A stretch of 64,000 nucleotides of DNA from Firmicutes bacterium AF25-13AC (GCA_963621725.1 CAVFEY010000003.1:3327-67326); one strand, 5' to 3'. Counted from the first letter of the stretch, positions 1-8,737 are shown. Notes: generated by a model not told the origin, from the sequence alone. Numbers and translations: made by a program.

Positions 1-153
1 ATTCCCGAGGCCGAGTATGGTGACGAGATGATTATTGTCGGCCGCGATGGCGATGCCGAGATCACTATGGACGAGATGGCCCGACTGCGCGGAACGATTA
101 ACTACGAGGTCGCCTGCGGCTTTGGCATGCGTCTCGACAAGGTCTACGTGTAG
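1..153 (+). CDS. alr: alanine racemase, C-terminal fragment (gene begins upstream of window)
   Basis: Frame 1 is open from base 1 to TAG at 151-153. The tail ...RLRGTINYEVACGFGMRLDKVYV resembles the conserved Alr C-terminus, and alr next to tsaE is a common arrangement. Confidence 0.55.
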   Translation: MPEAEYGDEMIIVGRDGDAEITMDEMARLRGTINYEVACGFGMRLDKVYV

Positions 154-161
154 GAGCCGCT

Positions 162-782
162 ATGGGCGTCATGCACATCCCCGGCCATACCCATCAGGTG
201 CCACGTGAGGTCGCACTCGAGGAAATCGAGGCCGTTCTGGGCGATTGTCACCTCTGTCAGCTCTACCAGTCGCGTCACAATATCGTGTTTGGCGTGGGAA
301 ACCCCCACGCTCGCGTCATGTTTATCGGTGAGGCGCCGGGCCGCAATGAGGATTTGCAGGGCGAGCCCTTTGTGGGGGCGGCAGGCGAGGACCTCAACGG
401 CATTTTGTCGCTGGCGGGGCTCAAACGCGAAGACGTCTACATTGCCAACGTGCTTAAGTGCCGCCCGCCGGGAAACCGCAATCCGCGTCCCGAGGAAGTG
501 CTGGCTTGCTCGCCGTTTTTGCGTGAGCAGATTCGAAGCATCTGGCCCGATATTATCGTGACGCTCGGCAACCCCGCGACGCACTTTGTGCTTAAGACCG
601 AGATTGGCATTACTAAGCTGCGCGGCAGGTTCCACCAGATGGGGCATTTTGTAGTAATGCCCACGTTCCATCCGGCAGCAGCGCTGCGCAATCCGGCGTG
701 GCAGGAGCTGCTGGAGGAAGACTTTAAGATGCTGGGCGACTATCTGGAGCGACATCCCGCACCAGAGGACGCCTCGGAATAA
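162..782 (+). CDS. uracil-DNA glycosylase, family 4
   Basis: 206-aa ORF with GEAPG motif, CxxC near the N-terminus, KCRPPGNRNP and FHPAAALRNP motifs typical of family-4 UDG. Confidence 0.85.
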   Translation: MGVMHIPGHTHQVPREVALEEIEAVLGDCHLCQLYQSRHNIVFGVGNPHARVMFIGEAPGRNEDLQGEPFVGAAGEDLNGILSLAGLKREDVYIANVLKCRPPGNRNPRPEEVLACSPFLREQIRSIWPDIIVTLGNPATHFVLKTEIGITKLRGRFHQMGHFVVMPTFHPAAALRNPAWQELLEEDFKMLGDYLERHPAPEDASE

Positions 783-794
783 TAAGGAGCATAT

Positions 795-1301
795 ATGTCC
801 CTGGAGCGCCTGGGGGTAGGTACTTACAAAACGACTTGCGCTGCCGATACGGAGTACTTTGGCGAGCTAATTGCACCGTGCCTTGAGGACGGCGATGTGC
901 TCATCCTGACCGGTGGCCTGGGAGTGGGCAAAACTCACTTTACCAAGGGCGTCTCGCGCGGGCTGGGCGATGGGCATATGGTTACGAGCCCTACGTTTGC
1001 GCTCATGGCCGTTCACGATCAAGGTCGTATTCCGCTGTTTCACTTTGATCTATACCGCCTGGAGCATGCCTACGAGCTCGAGGATACGGGCATTTTCGAT
1101 GTGCTGGGCTATGAGGGTGCTTGCCTGCTGGAATGGGGCGAACAATTCCAGGACGAGCTGACGGATGAGTATCTTTCGGTGACGCTCAAGCGTGATGAGG
1201 GCGACAGCGATGTGCGAACGATAACGCTTGAGGCGCACGGTGACCGCGCAATGGAGCTTTCCCATTTGATTGATAAGGCTGTACAAGATGAGCTTGCATA
1301 A
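795..1301 (+). CDS. tsaE: tRNA t6A37 biosynthesis ATPase TsaE
   Basis: 168 aa with P-loop GGLGVGKTHFTKG and FHFDLYRL motif. AAGGAG lies upstream of the ATG. Confidence 0.85.
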   Translation: MSLERLGVGTYKTTCAADTEYFGELIAPCLEDGDVLILTGGLGVGKTHFTKGVSRGLGDGHMVTSPTFALMAVHDQGRIPLFHFDLYRLEHAYELEDTGIFDVLGYEGACLLEWGEQFQDELTDEYLSVTLKRDEGDSDVRTITLEAHGDRAMELSHLIDKAVQDELA

Positions 1302-3672
1302 CGACAACGCGCTGGTGGTGGCGCTCGATACCTCGACCGACATGCTTGCCTGCGCGGCAAGCTGGATTGATGGACAGACGGGCGAGACGAAGCTCGTGAG
1401 TGGCGACCACATGTGCCGCCGTCACGCCAACGTTGAGCTCGTGAATACCGTTGATGGCGTGCTGGCTCAAGCCGGTCTGGATCGCAGCGATGTTGGTTGC
1501 TATGTGGTCGGCCGCGGCCCGGGGTCCTTTACGGGTGTGCGCATCGGCATCTCCACTGCCAAGGGCCTCGCGCGCGGTGCCAATGTTCCGCTGCTGGGCG
1601 TGTCGACGCTCGACGCTTGCGCTTGGACGGCGTGGAAGGCTGGCGTGCGCGGCAAGCTTGGTATCTTGGCCGATGCTATGCGCGGTGAGGTATATCCGGC
1701 GCTGTATATGCTGGTCGATGAGGGTCCCGAGCGTCAATTTGAGCGCGAACACGTGGTCAAGGCCGCCGTGGCGCTCGATGAGTGGCGCCGAGCAGCGGAC
1801 TGGGACCAGGTTCAGCTGACCGGTGACGGTCTCGTGCGCTATGGCAAGCTGCTGGGTGAGGACGAGACCGCCCGCTGCGTGGAGCGCGACCTGTGGTGGC
1901 CTTCGGGCGAGGGCTTGCTGCTCGCGCACGCTGCGGGTGACGGCGATCCGGCCCGCGTCCTGCCGATTTACACGCGCCTTTCGGATGCCGAGGAAAACGA
2001 GCGCAAGCGTCTTGGTCTTGCCGAGAGTGCGCAGAGCGAAATTACGGGCGTTGCCGATGAGCTCGCCGGTCGTCATCTGCAGTTCCGTCCCATGGGCGCG
2101 GCGGATGCCGAGGGCGCGAGCGCGCTGGAGGCCGCCTGCTTTGAAGGTGTCGGACACGAGGCGTGGACGCCGGGCATGTTCCTGTCCGAACTGGGCGAGG
2201 ACGTCGCTGCGCCGCGTAGTTGGTGGGTAGCACACGACGACGGCAAGCTGCTGGGCCTTGCCGGCGGTATGGTCGTGGACGGTGATGTGCAGATTCTGGA
2301 TGTCGCCGTCGACCCGGCACATCGCCGTGAGGGCATTGCCCGCAAGCTGCTGTCGCATGTGAGCTATGATGCCCAGATGCTCGGCTGCACCACGGCTTCG
2401 CTCGAGGTCGAGGACGGCAACGAGGGAGCGATTGCGCTCTATAACGCTCTGGGCTTTACCGAGGCAGGACGGCGCCGCGGCTACTATGGTGCCGGCAAGG
2501 ATGCCATCGTCATGACGGCTCCGCTGCCCCTGGTGCTTCCGGTCGACAATGCTTCCCCAGAGCCGACGGCGGCAGAGCAGCGCGTATGGCCGCTGCCTGC
2601 GCCTAGGCGCTCCGAGGGGGAGCGTGCCGAAATTGAGCATCGCCGCCTAGTGCTCGCTATCGAGAGTTCCTGCGACGAGACGGCTGTGGCGATTATCGAT
2701 GCGGATGGCAATATGCTGGCTAACCAGGTGTCGACACAGATTGATTTCCATGCCCGTTTTGGCGGCGTGGTGCCCGAGATCGCCTCGCGCAAACACGTTG
2801 AGGTGATTGTGAGCGTCGTGGATGCGGCGCTCGAGGATGCCGCAGCATCGCTTGGTCTTGAGGGTGGAGCCATTGCCCCCAGCGAGCTTGCCGCCGTGGG
2901 CGTGACACAGGGTCCGGGCCTAGTGGGCGCCCTCGTGGTGGGCGTTGCCTTTGCCAAGGGCTTTGCGTATGCTGCCGGCAAGCCGCTCGTATGCGTCAAC
3001 CATCTGGAGGGTCATCTGTTTGCCAACCTGTTGGCGCAACCCGACCTCAAACCGCCGTTTATCTTCACGCTTGTCTCGGGTGGGCACACCATGCTCGTGC
3101 ACGTGAAGGCGTGGGGCGACTACGAGGTGCTTGGTGAGACGCTCGACGACGCTGTGGGCGAGGCCTTCGACAAGGTAGCCAAGGCGTTGGGTCTGGGCTA
3201 TCCCGGTGGCCCCATCATCTCCAAGCTGGCCGAGACAGGCAATCCCCGCGCGATCGATTTTCCTCGCGCGCTTAACAGCAGGGGAGATTATCGTTTCTCG
3301 CTTTCGGGTCTTAAAACGGCCGTGACGCTCTACATTGAACAGGAGACCAAGGCCGGGCGCACGATTCACCTGCCCGATCTGGCAGCTTCGTTTGAGGCAG
3401 CTGTCTTTGACGTGCAGTACAAGAAGGCCAAAAACGCATTGCACGCTACCGGATGCAAGGAATACTGCATCGGCGGCGGCGTCTCGGCCAACCCGCATCT
3501 GCGCGAGATGATGATCAAGAAGCTTGGACGTCAGGGGATTCGCGTAACGGTGCCGCCTCTTTCGGCATGCACCGACAACGCTGCCATGATCGCGGAGGTT
3601 GCCCGCCGTAAATTCGACCGAGGTGAAATCTCGCCGTTCGACGTCGACGCCGATCCGAACATGACGCTGTAG
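1288..3672 (+). CDS. tsaD: fused TsaB (YeaZ) / RimI-type GNAT acetyltransferase / TsaD (Kae1) protein
   Basis: One uninterrupted frame. N-terminus: VVALDTS...GPGSFTGVRIGISTAKG (TsaB). Middle: ILDVAVDPAHRREGIARKLL (GNAT). C-terminus: LAIESSCDETAVAI...SGGHT...GGGVSAN (TsaD). ATG at 1288 is preferred over the TTG at 1270 in the track. Confidence 0.85.
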   Translation: MSLHNDNALVVALDTSTDMLACAASWIDGQTGETKLVSGDHMCRRHANVELVNTVDGVLAQAGLDRSDVGCYVVGRGPGSFTGVRIGISTAKGLARGANVPLLGVSTLDACAWTAWKAGVRGKLGILADAMRGEVYPALYMLVDEGPERQFEREHVVKAAVALDEWRRAADWDQVQLTGDGLVRYGKLLGEDETARCVERDLWWPSGEGLLLAHAAGDGDPARVLPIYTRLSDAEENERKRLGLAESAQSEITGVADELAGRHLQFRPMGAADAEGASALEAACFEGVGHEAWTPGMFLSELGEDVAAPRSWWVAHDDGKLLGLAGGMVVDGDVQILDVAVDPAHRREGIARKLLSHVSYDAQMLGCTTASLEVEDGNEGAIALYNALGFTEAGRRRGYYGAGKDAIVMTAPLPLVLPVDNASPEPTAAEQRVWPLPAPRRSEGERAEIEHRRLVLAIESSCDETAVAIIDADGNMLANQVSTQIDFHARFGGVVPEIASRKHVEVIVSVVDAALEDAAASLGLEGGAIAPSELAAVGVTQGPGLVGALVVGVAFAKGFAYAAGKPLVCVNHLEGHLFANLLAQPDLKPPFIFTLVSGGHTMLVHVKAWGDYEVLGETLDDAVGEAFDKVAKALGLGYPGGPIISKLAETGNPRAIDFPRALNSRGDYRFSLSGLKTAVTLYIEQETKAGRTIHLPDLAASFEAAVFDVQYKKAKNALHATGCKEYCIGGGVSANPHLREMMIKKLGRQGIRVTVPPLSACTDNAAMIAEVARRKFDRGEISPFDVDADPNMTL

Positions 3673-3684
3673 TCGCAAAGGCGC

Positions 3685-3819
3685 GGTCCCCGGCCGGAGG
3701 GGCCGGATATAAGGTTTCCTGCTCTACAGTCCTGCGCAAGACGAAGGCCACATTAAGTGGCCTTCTTTGCGTGCGGAACTCGCGATAAACCTTATATCCG
3801 GCCCCTCCGGCCGGGGACC
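3685..3819 (+). repeat. family-1 structured palindromic element, copy 1 (32-bp perfect arms + conserved core)
   Basis: Arms GGTCCCCGGCCGGAGGGGCCGGATATAAGGTT / exact reverse complement flank the core TCCTGCTCTACAGTCCTGCGCAAGACGAAGGCCACATTAAGTGGCCTTCTTTGCGTGCGGAACTCGCGATAA. Starts 12 nt after the tsaD stop. Confidence 0.9.
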
Positions 3820-3962
3820 TTTCTGTATCGATATAGCTTCTGAGCTGGTTTGGCGTCGACAACGTCCAGCAAGATTAACAAGCCAGCGTCGAATTTCCGG
3901 CGTGCTTTAGCTGAAAGAAAAAGTTGGTGTGCGGAGCTTTGCTCCGCACATTTGGGACGGGA

Positions 3963-4115
3963 GCCCCCGAGAGCGGCGGGAGCCGGGCGGCGCATATGAA
4001 CTTTATCGCGAGTTCCGCACGCAAAGGAAAGCACTTAATGTGCTTTCCGTCTTGCGCAGGACTGTAGAGCAGGAAAGTTCATATGCGCCGCCCGGCTCCC
4101 GCCGCTCTCGGGGGC
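3963..4115 (-). repeat. family-1 structured palindromic element, copy 2 (42-bp perfect arms, inverted orientation)
   Basis: The reverse complement carries the same core, with inner hairpin GGAAAGCAC-ATTAA-GTGCTTTCC. Arms GCCCCCGAGAGCGGCGGGAGCCGGGCGGCGCATATGAACTTT / exact reverse complement. Confidence 0.9.
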
Positions 4116-4409
4116 ATCTCTCATGCAAAAACTTTTGTTGGGTAAAGTCCGAGGTCAGTGGCGTTTTATACCGAGAAATTCAAAAAAAGTTGAAAATTCA
4201 TTACATATTTGCGTTGACTTTAGGCAACTAAAGTTTCATACTCCTTTTCATCCACTGGGGGATGTGAACACGCACGGATCGTTCACATCATGATTGAAGA
4301 GGATTTCTCAGACATGTTCACGCATCAGCTAAACATTATCAGCGTAGTAATTATCTGATGCGGGTTAGCACATACAGCTAGCCCGTACGATAACGGGCGG
4401 CTGGTGAAG

Positions 4410-4449
4410 ATGAGGGCCGTCGAGCGCAACCGACGGCCCTCATTTTTAT
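4410..4449 (+). terminator. intrinsic-terminator-like hairpin immediately upstream of the cstA RBS
   Basis: ATGAGGGCCGTCG-AGCGCAAC-CGACGGCCCTCAT followed by TTTT. cstA's GGAGGA RBS follows about 20 nt later. Confidence 0.6.
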
Positions 4450-4482
4450 GTCTGAGTAGTTCTTTTTAGAGGAGGAAATGTA

Positions 4483-6372
4483 ATGAACGGAGTTTTGCTC
4501 ATGGTTGTGGCCGCGGCGGTGCTCGCCTGCGGCTATCTGGGCTATGGCCGATGGCTGGCCAACAAGTGGGGCGTTGACAAAGAGGCCCTCACGCCGGCCA
4601 AGCGCATGAAGGACGGCAACAGCTTCTCGCCCGTCTCCGCCTTCACCGCGTTCTCGCACCAGTTCAGCTCGATCTGCGGTGCTGGCCCTGTTACGGGTAC
4701 GATCGTCGCCATGGCCTTTGGCTGGCTGCCCGTCGTGCTCTGGGTCCTCGTCGGCGGCATCTTCTTTGGCGCCGTCCACGACTTTGGCGCCCTGTACGCT
4801 TCGATGAAGAACAACGGCAAGTCGCTCGCTCAGCTCATCGAGAAGTACATCGGCAAGACCGGCCGTCGCCTGTTCCTGCTGTTCTGCTGGCTGTTCTGCA
4901 TCATCGTCATCGCCGCCTTCACCGACATGGTCTGCAAGACGTTCATGTTCACCCCGGCCGTTGACGCTTCTGGTGCTGCTACCGGTGCCATCGACTTCAT
5001 CAAGTCCTATGCCGCCGGCTGCGCTGGTACCATCTCCATCCTGTTCACCTTCGTCGCTATCGCCTTTGGTTGGGCCCAGAAGAAGTTCAACCTCACCGGC
5101 GCTGCCGAGTTCGTCACCGGCGTGGTCCTCATGGTTCTCATGTTCGCCGTCGGTATGCAGTTCCCGGTCTACCTGGATAAGTTCCAGTGGTTCGCCGTCG
5201 TCATGGTCTACCTGGTCTTCGCTGGCGCTATGCCCATCCAGATGCTCAAGACTCCGCGTGACTACCTCACTTCCATCATGATGATCGTCATGATCGTCTG
5301 CGCTGTCCTCGGCATCGTCGTCCTGGGCGTCAACGGTCAGGCCACTATCACCGCTCCGGTCTTTACCGGCTTCTCCACTGCCTCCGGCATGATGTTCCCG
5401 GTCCTGTTTGTCTCTGTCGCTTGCGGTGCTCTCTCCGGTTTCCACAGCCTCGTTTCTTCCGGTACATCCTCTAAGCAGGTCGAGAAGGAGCAGGACGCCG
5501 TCAAGGTCGGTTACGGCGCCATGATCGTCGAGTCCTTCGTCGGCATCCTTGCCATCATCGTCGCCGGCATCATGTTCTCCGATATGAACACCGCCGGTAC
5601 CGGCGCCCTCAACGCCGGTGTCGCTTCCACCCCGTTCCAGATCTTCGCCGCTGGCATCTCCCGCGGTATGCAGGCCTTCGGTGTTGACGGCACGCTCGCT
5701 ACCGTCTTCATGACCATGAACGTCTCCGCTCTGGCCCTGACCTCGCTCGACGCCGTCGCCCGCATCGCCCGCACTTCGTTCTCTGAGTTCTTTGCCCAGA
5801 CCAACGACGCCCTGGCCATCGAGTCCAAGGCCGGCTACATGAAGGTCCTCGGCAACCCCTGGTTCGCCACGGTTGTCACCCTGCTTCCTGGTCTCGCCCT
5901 CGCTTTTGGTGGCTATGCCAACATCTGGCCGCTCTTTGGTGCTTCCAACCAGCTGCTCGGCGGTATGACCATGATCACCCTCGCCGTGTTCTGCAAGTGC
6001 ACCGGCCGCAAGGGTTGGATGCTCTACGTGCCCGTCGTCTTCCTGCTCTGCTGCACCTTCACCTCGCTGGTCCAGAGCGCCATGGGCTGCATGACCGCCG
6101 TCCAGGCCTACGGCTTCTTCGGTACCATCCCGGCTACCGCCACCACGGCCGCCGTCTCCGTCGCCGCCACCAAGGGCCTGCAGCTCGTCTTTGCCGTCCT
6201 GCTGATGGTCCTGGGCCTCATCGTTGCCGTCAACTGCCTCAAGGAGTTCTTCGGCAAGGAGGCCGGCTCCATGCCCGACGAGGAGCCCGAGTGGTCCGAG
6301 ATGGGCAAGGCCGAGTATGGTCGTGCCGCTGCTGCTGAGGCTCCTGCCGACGCTGAGGCCGCCAAGGCTTAG
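4483..6372 (+). CDS. cstA: carbon starvation protein A family peptide/pyruvate transporter
   Basis: 629-aa polytopic membrane protein. The N-terminus MNGVLLMVVAAAVLACGYLGYGRWLANKWGVD and overall pattern are typical of CstA. GGAGGA RBS. Confidence 0.9.
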   Translation: MNGVLLMVVAAAVLACGYLGYGRWLANKWGVDKEALTPAKRMKDGNSFSPVSAFTAFSHQFSSICGAGPVTGTIVAMAFGWLPVVLWVLVGGIFFGAVHDFGALYASMKNNGKSLAQLIEKYIGKTGRRLFLLFCWLFCIIVIAAFTDMVCKTFMFTPAVDASGAATGAIDFIKSYAAGCAGTISILFTFVAIAFGWAQKKFNLTGAAEFVTGVVLMVLMFAVGMQFPVYLDKFQWFAVVMVYLVFAGAMPIQMLKTPRDYLTSIMMIVMIVCAVLGIVVLGVNGQATITAPVFTGFSTASGMMFPVLFVSVACGALSGFHSLVSSGTSSKQVEKEQDAVKVGYGAMIVESFVGILAIIVAGIMFSDMNTAGTGALNAGVASTPFQIFAAGISRGMQAFGVDGTLATVFMTMNVSALALTSLDAVARIARTSFSEFFAQTNDALAIESKAGYMKVLGNPWFATVVTLLPGLALAFGGYANIWPLFGASNQLLGGMTMITLAVFCKCTGRKGWMLYVPVVFLLCCTFTSLVQSAMGCMTAVQAYGFFGTIPATATTAAVSVAATKGLQLVFAVLLMVLGLIVAVNCLKEFFGKEAGSMPDEEPEWSEMGKAEYGRAAAAEAPADAEAAKA

Positions 6373-6531
6373 TCGACCTGACGAGTTGAACGTCACATCT
6401 ATATGACTCGGAAAGACCGGGTCCGCGACTTCGCGGGCTCGGTCTTTTTTCATGCAAAAGCGGGTGACGCTCGAGTGTTCTCGCAGATGTTTTGCGTGGA
6501 TAAGGGCGCGCGTTGTACCATATAGACGTAT

Positions 6532-8730
6532 ATGTGTGCATATGAAAGGGGCCCCGTGGCCAAGACGGTATATTCCGATAACCAACAAAATGTCGATGCT
6601 CTGGCTGAGCGTCTGAGCGGACAAACGTCGCTTTCTGCCGAGCGGGCAAAGCTGGTTGCCTACGACCTGCTTTGCCGCAAGGCGCTCAAGATTAAGTCGA
6701 GTGCGCTGGCGCAGATTTTCCGCTCCGTCGATAAGGAGTGCGACACCAAGGCGATGCGCGATGAGCTTATCGCGGCAAAGATCGTGACCAAGATCGAGGG
6801 TAGCGGCATTAACGGGCGCCCGGCGTTCTATACCATCAATGCCGAGATCCGCGATGCCCAGGAGCAGCCTGCCGAGTCCGTCGAGGATTTTGTCGTCGAG
6901 GATCCCGCTGACGTGCCTGCTGTGGAAGAAGTTGCCCCGCGTGAGCATGTCGATACCGATGAGTTGCTCGATGAGAACGTCGTGCGTGCCTTTACGGCCA
7001 AGGCAGGACGCGGCGGTTTTGGCGGGGGTGGCAAGCGCGATGCGCAGCGCCGCGCCCAGCAGGAGCGCTTCCGTCGCGCCGTTGCTCGAAAGGGTGAGAC
7101 GGATGCTGAGGCTGTTGAGACCGAGGTTGCTGCCGAGTCGCAGAAGCCCGCGAGGGAGCAAAAGCCCGTGGAGGCCCAAGAGCCCAAGCGTCGTCGCGGT
7201 GCTCACTTTAAGACTGCACAGCAGGATGCCGCGCGTGAGGTTGAAGAGTCTTCTGAGGTTGCAGACGATGTTGAGGGGTCTGCCAAGAAGGCTCCGGGTT
7301 CGTGTCGTCCCGGCCGCGGTTTTGCGGGACGCGCGTATCCCGTAAAGCATCAGGAGAAGGGCGAGTCGGTTTCGACCACCCAGGACGAGAAGGCCGTTGA
7401 GCCGGAGGCTCGCGAGCAGAAGCCTGTTGAGCCGCAGCTTGAGGTTGATGCCGAGGCCAAGGGCCAGCAGCCTACTGATGAGCGGACGGAGCAGGGCGCG
7501 TCGAGCAAGCCTCGCCGCCGTCGCCATCGTGGGGGCCGCAGTTCCCATGCCGAGACTGCAACCGAGAAGACCACGCCGCAGAACGAGGATGCGAAGGCCG
7601 AGGTTTCTTCGGGGCAGCCTAAGCGCCAGCCGGCGAAGGAGAGCAAGTCCGTTCGTCCGCAGAAGCAGGCATCTATGCCGAAGCGCGAGCGCAATTCCCA
7701 AGGCGATTCTAAGCGCAAGTCTCAGAAGAAGCCGGAGTCTGCCGCAGCAGATACTGCTGCCCAGCAGCCCAGGCCGGACGTTCACGGCGAGGTCTCGGCG
7801 TTTGCCCTTGCCCGCGTTTTAGGCAGGCAGCTGCTCAAGGTTGTCCCTACGCCCACGGCGCTCTCTAAGATCAAGGAGCAGCAGACACAGATCGTAAAGG
7901 TTGAGGGCAAGGACGGCAAAAAGGCTCCGCAGCGCACTCAGCACAACGAGATGTCCAACCGCAAGATTGCCGAGGAAATCGCAATCATCCAGGCTTGGAT
8001 CGAGCAGAACCGAGGTGCCGATACGCCGGTTGCCTCGCGCCGCCAGCGTGCCTACCAGATCTTTAACGACGAGAAGGCTTTTGACGGCAAGCACGGTGAG
8101 CGCCTGATCAGGCGTATGACCGAAAAGGGCATCAGCATGCAGGCGATCAAGGTCGCTCCCAATCGCCCCGTGCACTTTACGGGTTTCTTTACGCTGGGTG
8201 CCGACAAGCCGTTCATTATGGTCGAGAACCTGGACACCTACGACGAGATCGTCAAGCTGCTGCGTGGCCGCAAGCACGCCAAGCTCTTTGGCATCAAGGT
8301 GGGCGGCGTGATTTTTGGCGGCGGATGCAAGGCAAGCGTCTCGCATGCCCTGGACGATTATCTGGCCGAGATTGGCTATCGCTTTAACTACGTCTACTAT
8401 GTGGGCGATATCGACCGCGAGGGCGCGCGCATCGTCGAGCAGGCTCGCAATGCCAATGTGGTTGAGATTCGCCTGCATGCCGGCATGTACCGCGCCATGC
8501 TCGCCGAGCATAGGCGTCGCGTGAAGGCCGGCGGCGCGTGCGAGCCCGCTGCTGCCAACCAGGGCGTGCCGCAGAACCTGGCGGCGACGATTAAGGATCT
8601 GCCCATGGTTACGCGCGTGCAGTTCCGCAACGTGCTGCGCGAGGGCGGGCGTATTCCGCAGGAGATCCTGATGACCGCAGACTATCGGGATGGCGACTCG
8701 GGAAGCTTCGACCGCATGCTCAACAACTAG
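6532..8730 (+). CDS. hypothetical protein with a ~330-aa charged disordered middle and a JetD/DUF2220 (Toprim-like) C-terminal domain
   Basis: The C-terminal ~170 aa contains FIMVENLDTYDE ... YVGDIDREGARI ... IPQE, resembling the Wadjet JetD C-terminal Toprim fold. The middle is K/E/R/Q/A-rich with repeated AREQKPVE. GTG at 6556 with GAAAGGGG upstream is a likely true start. Confidence 0.6.
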   Translation: MCAYERGPVAKTVYSDNQQNVDALAERLSGQTSLSAERAKLVAYDLLCRKALKIKSSALAQIFRSVDKECDTKAMRDELIAAKIVTKIEGSGINGRPAFYTINAEIRDAQEQPAESVEDFVVEDPADVPAVEEVAPREHVDTDELLDENVVRAFTAKAGRGGFGGGGKRDAQRRAQQERFRRAVARKGETDAEAVETEVAAESQKPAREQKPVEAQEPKRRRGAHFKTAQQDAAREVEESSEVADDVEGSAKKAPGSCRPGRGFAGRAYPVKHQEKGESVSTTQDEKAVEPEAREQKPVEPQLEVDAEAKGQQPTDERTEQGASSKPRRRRHRGGRSSHAETATEKTTPQNEDAKAEVSSGQPKRQPAKESKSVRPQKQASMPKRERNSQGDSKRKSQKKPESAAADTAAQQPRPDVHGEVSAFALARVLGRQLLKVVPTPTALSKIKEQQTQIVKVEGKDGKKAPQRTQHNEMSNRKIAEEIAIIQAWIEQNRGADTPVASRRQRAYQIFNDEKAFDGKHGERLIRRMTEKGISMQAIKVAPNRPVHFTGFFTLGADKPFIMVENLDTYDEIVKLLRGRKHAKLFGIKVGGVIFGGGCKASVSHALDDYLAEIGYRFNYVYYVGDIDREGARIVEQARNANVVEIRLHAGMYRAMLAEHRRRVKAGGACEPAAANQGVPQNLAATIKDLPMVTRVQFRNVLREGGRIPQEILMTADYRDGDSGSFDRMLNN

Positions 8731-8737
8731 GGCGTTC

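Noticed and set aside
1186-2640. 484-aa minus-strand ORF, plus similar long antisense ORFs at 15142-16581, 43341-45002, 45691-47610 and 54513-56048
   Set aside because: All lie antisense to genes with clear family motifs (tsaBD fusion, SBP, hisZG/hisD, hisC/hisB, eno). All have Arg/Ala/Gly-rich composition without motifs or RBS.
3515-4231. ORFs sharing the peptide YREFRTQR.LNV..VLRRTVEQ (3515-3862, 3929-4231, also 26070-26900)
   Set aside because: The shared peptide is simply the translation of the family-1 repeat core. The frames run through the palindromic arms and have no start context, so the conservation is at nucleotide and structure level.
4261-4289. CRP-like site (TGTGA...TCACA) upstream of cstA
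   Set aside because: The half-site spacing is about 15 nt rather than 6. The similarity is limited to the pentamers, so it is kept only as a hairpin within the leader observation.
4378-7785. 1135-aa minus-strand ORF, the longest in the track
   Set aside because: It runs antisense to the well-supported cstA and the JetD-like gene. Its sequence is G/L/R/A/D-rich low complexity with no motif. This is a typical stop-codon-poor antisense frame in high-GC DNA.
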